DNA of 64,000 nucleotides from contig JBNRSN020000089.1 in the NCBI GenBank assembly GCA_051313645.2, positions 2,790,001 to 2,854,000 of the forward strand. Reading direction: 5' to 3'. Source of the DNA: Centroscyllium fabricii (taxonomy: Eukaryota). Position numbers and translations under genes: made by a program. The notes below the pieces were generated by a model. It saw only the letters and a list, made by a program, of their open reading frames with translations. It did no database searches and had not been told where the DNA came from. Below are positions 59,118 through 64,000 of this stretch, one piece after another (the first letter of the stretch is position 1; each line of letters begins with the position of its first letter).

Positions 59118-62100
59118 ATGTCCAACGCAAGGAACCAAGCCCCACGATAACAGGGGGCTGGACGGAACACCGGGCGCGGACTTGTTTTGACCGAGTTCTG
59201 GGAGCAACGGCCAGCGGCCTGGTTTAGCTGCATAGAAGCCAGCTGCCGTTCAAATGGCGTCAACGGGGACGACCGCTACGACTTGGTCTTCACAGCTCTG
59301 CCCCAAACGACCGTCGATAGGATGTGGTCAATGATCCAGCGCGTGCCCTCCGTAGGCAGGTACGAAACACTTAAGGCCGCGCTGATTAAGAAGTTTACCC
59401 CTTGCCAGTTCGAGCGCGACTGTCAGCTCCTCGACCTCCCCGAGCTCGGGGACACCAACCCATCGGACCTGCTAGGTCAGATGCAGGTGCTCACTCCCAA
59501 CCCTGCCACCCTATTTCACACGGTTTTCCTCCTCAAATTGCCCCGCGCAATCAGACCTGCCCTGGCAGCCCTAGCCCATCTTAGCGACGACGAACTCGGC
59601 GAGGAAGCCGACAGGCTTATGGCGGCGCAGCGCACCAGCTCTACCACGTGCGCCCCCAACTCAGCATCGGTAGAGCACAACTATTCGCCCCCTGGGCACA
59701 ATTTTATGCCCGAACCCAAGGCCCCACGCCCGCCCAGACAACCGCGCCCCTCTAGCACCGGCTGGTGCTACTATCACACGCGGTTTGAACACAAAGCGCA
59801 CTGCTGCGTCCAGCCATGCACGTTTAAACCTAACTCAGCCTCCACCATGTCGGTAGGCCACACAGGAGCACTCCTCTTCGCCACCGACAGCGGCACCGGC
59901 CTCAGGTTCCTCTGCGACACAGGCGCGCAGCACAGCATCGTGCCAGCCTCCCCCGCAGAAACCAAACGAGGCACCCGCGGCCCGCCACTAGCGGCAGCCA
60001 ACGGGTCCAGCATTAAAACGTACGGCACACGCGTGCTGACTATTACCCTTGCAGGCCACACGTACACCTGGGAGTTTGTAACGGCCCAGGTCACCTCTCC
60101 CCTCCTCGGGGCAGATTTCCTCTGCGCCAACGGCCTACTGGTCGATGTAACCCGGCGCCGCCTGGTGAATCTCAGCACCATGACGACCATTCCATGTTCC
60201 ACAGGGCGCGCACTCCTGACCCACGCGGCAGCTCAATGCCGCTCCAAGGACCGCGATGCCTACGGCACACTCCTGGCGGAATTTCCCGCCCTTACCAACC
60301 CCACGTTCACCGCCCGCAAGGCCAAACACGGGGTAGAGCACTACATAACCACCACAGGCCCGCCCGTCCATGCACACGCCCGTAGGCTCGACCCAGCTAA
60401 GCTGGAGATCGCCATCACCGAGTTCCGCACCATGGAACAACTCGGCATTATCCGCCGCTCCAACAGCCCCTGGCCCTCCCCGCTCCACATAGCCCCCAAG
60501 CCCGACGGCGGTTGGCGCCCCTGCGGCGACTATCGCCACCTCAACAACGCCACCACCCCGGATAGGTACCCCGTACCCCACATCCAGGACTTTTCCGCCA
60601 GACTGGCAGGGCGCACGATCTTTTCTAAGATCGACCTGGTGCGTGGCTACCACCAGGTACCCGTGCACTCGGCGGACATTCCCAAAACGGCCGTGATCAC
60701 CCCCTTCGGGCTCTTTGAATTTATGAGGATGCCCTTCGGCCTTAAAAACGCGGCCCAGGCCTTCCAGCGCCTCATGGACTCAGTCCTACGGGACTTGAAG
60801 TTCATCTTCGTCTATTTGGACGACATCCTCGTGGCCAGCTCGTCCCCTCAGGAACACCTCCTACATCTCAGGACCCTGTTCCAGCGCCTTACCGAACACG
60901 GCCTTATATTAAGCCCCACCAAATGCAGGATTGGCCTCGAGACCATCGACTTCCTCGGCCACCGCATTTCCCAGGCAGGAGCCATACCCCTGCCCTCTAA
61001 AGCGCAAGCGGTGCAAGAATTCCCTTGCCCGCACTCTATTAAGGGACTGCAGGAATTCTTGGGCATGGTTAATTTCTATAACCGATTTATCCCGGGAGCA
61101 GCCGCCCTCATGGCCCCCTTATACCAGGCCACCCGCGGGCAGCCCAACAAGGCTGCGGTCGAGTGGACGGCCGACGCCGCCACCGCCTTCACCGCAACCA
61201 AAACCGCCCTGGCAAACGCCACCCTTCTAGCCCACCCTAGGCCCAACGCCAGAGTAGCCCTCACCACCGACGCCTCCGACCATGCGGTCGGGGCCGTATT
61301 TGAGCAGTGGACCGGCAACTCGTGGCAACCCCTGGCCTTTTTCAGCCGGCAACTCCGGCCCCCAGAGGTTAAATACAGCGCCTTTGATAGGGAGCTACTG
61401 GCTCTCCATCTGGCGGTGCGACATTTTCGGTTCCACCTGGAGGGCCGACACTTTACAGCCTTCACCGGCCACAAGCCACTCACGTTTGCGATGGCTAAGG
61501 TAGCTGAACCCTGGTCGGCCAGGCAGCAGCGCCAACTCACGGCCGTGTCGGAATTCACAACCGACATTCAGCACATTTCCGGCCGCGACAATGTAGTCGC
61601 TGACTGCCTCTCACGCCCCACCATCAATGCCGCCCAAATGGCAGTTGATTACGCCCAGCTGGCCGCCGACCAGCTGGCCGACCCTGACCTAATCAATGCA
61701 GCCACTAAACTCCCTGGCCTACGCTTGGCCAATGTCGCGCACGGTCCCGCTGCCACCGTCATCTGCTGTAACGTTTCCTTACCACAACCCAGGCCCATCG
61801 TGCCCCTCGTTTGGAGGGAATGAATCTTTACGACCCTCCACGACCTGTCCCACCCCGGCGTCCGCGCGTCCATTAGACTCATATCGGCCCAGTTCGTATG
61901 GCGCGGCCTGCGCAAAGACGTCCGCGTCTGGGCCACCTCCTGCATAGCCTGCCAGCGCTCCAAGGTGCACAAGCACATCAAGGCACCGCTGCAAAATTTT
62001 AAAGTACCGGCCAGACGCTTTGACCACGTCCATATTGACCTCGTTGGGCCTCTACCAGCATCTCGCGGCCACACGCACCTACTGACCATGGTCGACCGCA

Positions 62101-62939
62101 ACACCCGCTGGCCTGAAGCAGTTCCCCTCACTGCCACCAACACCACGGACCTAGCCAGGGCGTTCATCGCCACATGGATCGCCCGATTCGGCGTGCCCAT
62201 GGACATCACCTCCGACAGAGGACCCCAGTTTACGTCGATGCTATGGGCGGCCATCGCTCGTGACCTCGGGGTGACGCTACACAGGACCACCGCATACCAC
62301 CCACAGGCGAACGGCCTATGCGAACGGTTCCACCGCTCAATGAAGGCATCATTGCGGGCCACGCTGAAGGATGCTTCTTGGACCGACCGCCTTCCATGGG
62401 TCCTCCTCGGGCTGCGCTCGGCAGTCAAAGAGGACCTCAATGCCTCAGCAGCAGAGCTCGTCTACGGCCAGGCTTTGACGGTACCGGGCGAATTTCTGGC
62501 TGAGGCCAACTCACCCTGGTCAGCAGACCAGTATTTAAAAGACTGGGCAAACCCGGCACGAGCCTTTCAGCCATTGCCAGTGGCCCGGCATGGAGAGCCG
62601 GCAGCTTGGGTGCCAGAGGACATTAAAAATGCCAAATGGGTATTTATCAGACGAGACGGGCACCGAGCCCCTTTACAGCCACCGTACAATGGCCCTTATA
62701 GAGTGCTTCGGGCGGGAGACAAGTTCTTCGAGTTACAAATGGGCAAAAGAACTGAGACAGTAACTATAGACCGGCTCAAGCCGGCACACGTGACAGCGGG
62801 CGAGACCACGTTCCCCGCGCAACCACCACAACGCGGTCGCCCTCCCGCACCTAAACCCGCCCACACTCCAACGCAGAACCGGCAACAACGAACAACACGG
62901 TCCGGCCGCATCATCCGACCGCCCCAACGGCACACATAG
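59118..62939 (+). pseudogene. gag-pol: gag-pol polyprotein of copy 2 with in-frame TAA (59148-59150) and TGA (61821-61823)
   Basis: Track ORFs 59187..61823 and 61965..62939 are in one frame and match copy 1 except KDRDA vs KDCDA. Confidence 0.93.
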
Positions 62940-62971
62940 ACACGGCAATTTATTTCTCCCGGATGGATTCT

Positions 62972-62979
62972 GGGGGGAG
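62972..62979 (+). other. Polypurine tract of copy 2
   Basis: GGGGGGAG just upstream of the 3' LTR at 62983. Confidence 0.8.
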
Positions 62980-62982
62980 CTG

Positions 62983-63227
62983 TGTAGCGGCACACCCGCT
63001 GGGATTACGAATCCGCCAACGGGGCTCCGCGGAGCGCAGCTCGCTCAACCACGTGATGCGGTTGCGTCACCACGTCGGTGGACGTGATGACGTCACCAAC
63101 GGCGGGACAGTTTAAGTATGTTGATACCTCGTGGTTCTGCCTCTTCCATGATTTGAATTCCTAGAGTAAAGTTGTGTTTTCCTTTAGCTCTGTCTCTGTG
63201 CATTCTTTAAGTACTCGCAGCTCCACA
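62983..63227 (+). repeat. 3' LTR of copy 2
   Basis: Same sequence as 50129-50373, including its diagnostic bases. Confidence 0.97.
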
Positions 63228-64000
63228 ATATCCACCTGTGTACAATACATCAGACAATGTCCATCTGTGTACAATACATCAGACAATATCCATCTGTGAA
63301 CAATACATCAGAAAATGTCCATCTGTGTATAATACATCAGACATTATCCATCTGTGAGCAATACATCAGACAATATCCATCTGTGTACAATACATCAGAC
63401 AATATCCAACTGTGTACAATACATCAGTAAATGTCCATCTGTGTACAATACATCAGACAATATCCATCTGTGTACAATACATCAGACATTATCCATCTGT
63501 GAACAATAGAGCAGACATTATCTATCTGTGTACAATTCATCAGACATTGTCCATCTGTGAACAATACGTCAGACATTATCCATCTGTGATCAATAGAGAA
63601 GTAAATATCCATCTGTGTACAATTCATCAGACATTGTCCAACTGTGAACAATACATCAGACATTATCCATCTGTGTACAATACATCAGAAAATATCCATT
63701 TGCGTACAATATTACAGTAAATGTGCATCTGTGTACAATACATCAGACAATGTCCATCTGTGTACAATATATCAGACAATATGCACCTGTGTACAATACG
63801 TCAGACAATGTCCATCTGTGTACAATATTTCAGACGATATCCATCTGTGAACAATACATCAGACAGTGTCCATCTGTGAACAATACATCAGACAATATCC
63901 ATCTTTGTACAGTACATCAGACAATGTCTATCTGTGAACAATACATCAGACAATATCCATCTGTGTACAATACATAAGACAAATGTCCATCTGTGTACAA
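63228..64000. repeat. 29-bp satellite array, continuing beyond the right window edge
   Basis: Same monomer; matches 50374-51146 at offset 12854. Confidence 0.99.

Larger units (their letters stand above)
58783..63227 (+). mobile_element. Ty3/Gypsy LTR retrotransposon, copy 2 (duplicate of copy 1)
   Basis: Matches 45929-50373 at offset 12854, with the same flanks, TSD (58779-58782 and 63228-63231), stop codons and LTR mismatches. One difference seen (47398 T vs 60252 C). Confidence 0.97.
39581..64000. repeat. 12,854-bp tandem duplication: unit 1 at 39581-52434, unit 2 from 52435 past the window end
   Basis: Track ORFs from 39636 onward recur at +12854 (39636/52490, 43809/56663, 46333/59187, 50869/63723). 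Identity begins at TCCATCAGTGTACATTACATCAGACTATG (39581/52435); the preceding bases differ. Confidence 0.95.

Noticed and set aside
58783-63227. Second independent, site-specific insertion of the element
   Set aside because: Kilobases of matching flank, shared stops and shared LTR mismatches show a DNA-level duplication of a single insertion.
1-64000. Telomerase-type long telomeric repeat
   Set aside because: Monomers are heterogeneous with inherited higher-order variant patterns and no G-run strand; templated addition would give uniform units.

Overview
Eukaryotic (animal-type) heterochromatin-like DNA with no host genes. About 55 kb is one head-to-tail satellite with a 29-bp monomer (consensus CCATCTGTGTACAATACATCAGACAATGT, about 38% GC, no CpG in the consensus). 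The array is organised into nested higher-order duplications with offsets such as 551, 784, 1160, 2001, 3826, 3831, 4120, 4855, 5020 and 8975 bp. A full-length 4445-bp Ty3/Gypsy LTR retrotransposon with CsRn1-clade hallmarks sits at 45929-50373: 245-bp TG..CA LTRs, ATAT target-site duplication, tRNA-Trp PBS, CHCC Gag motif and one gag-PR-RT-RH-IN frame with two nonsense codons. It occurs again at 58783-63227, not by a second transposition but because a 12,854-bp satellite+element unit (39581-52434) was duplicated in tandem almost perfectly. The hundreds of C/I/Q/H-rich ORFs in the track are translation artefacts of the satellite. I found no evidence for a new enzymatic system; the interest lies in the array's evolutionary record. 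All comparisons were made by eye and from ORF-track offsets.
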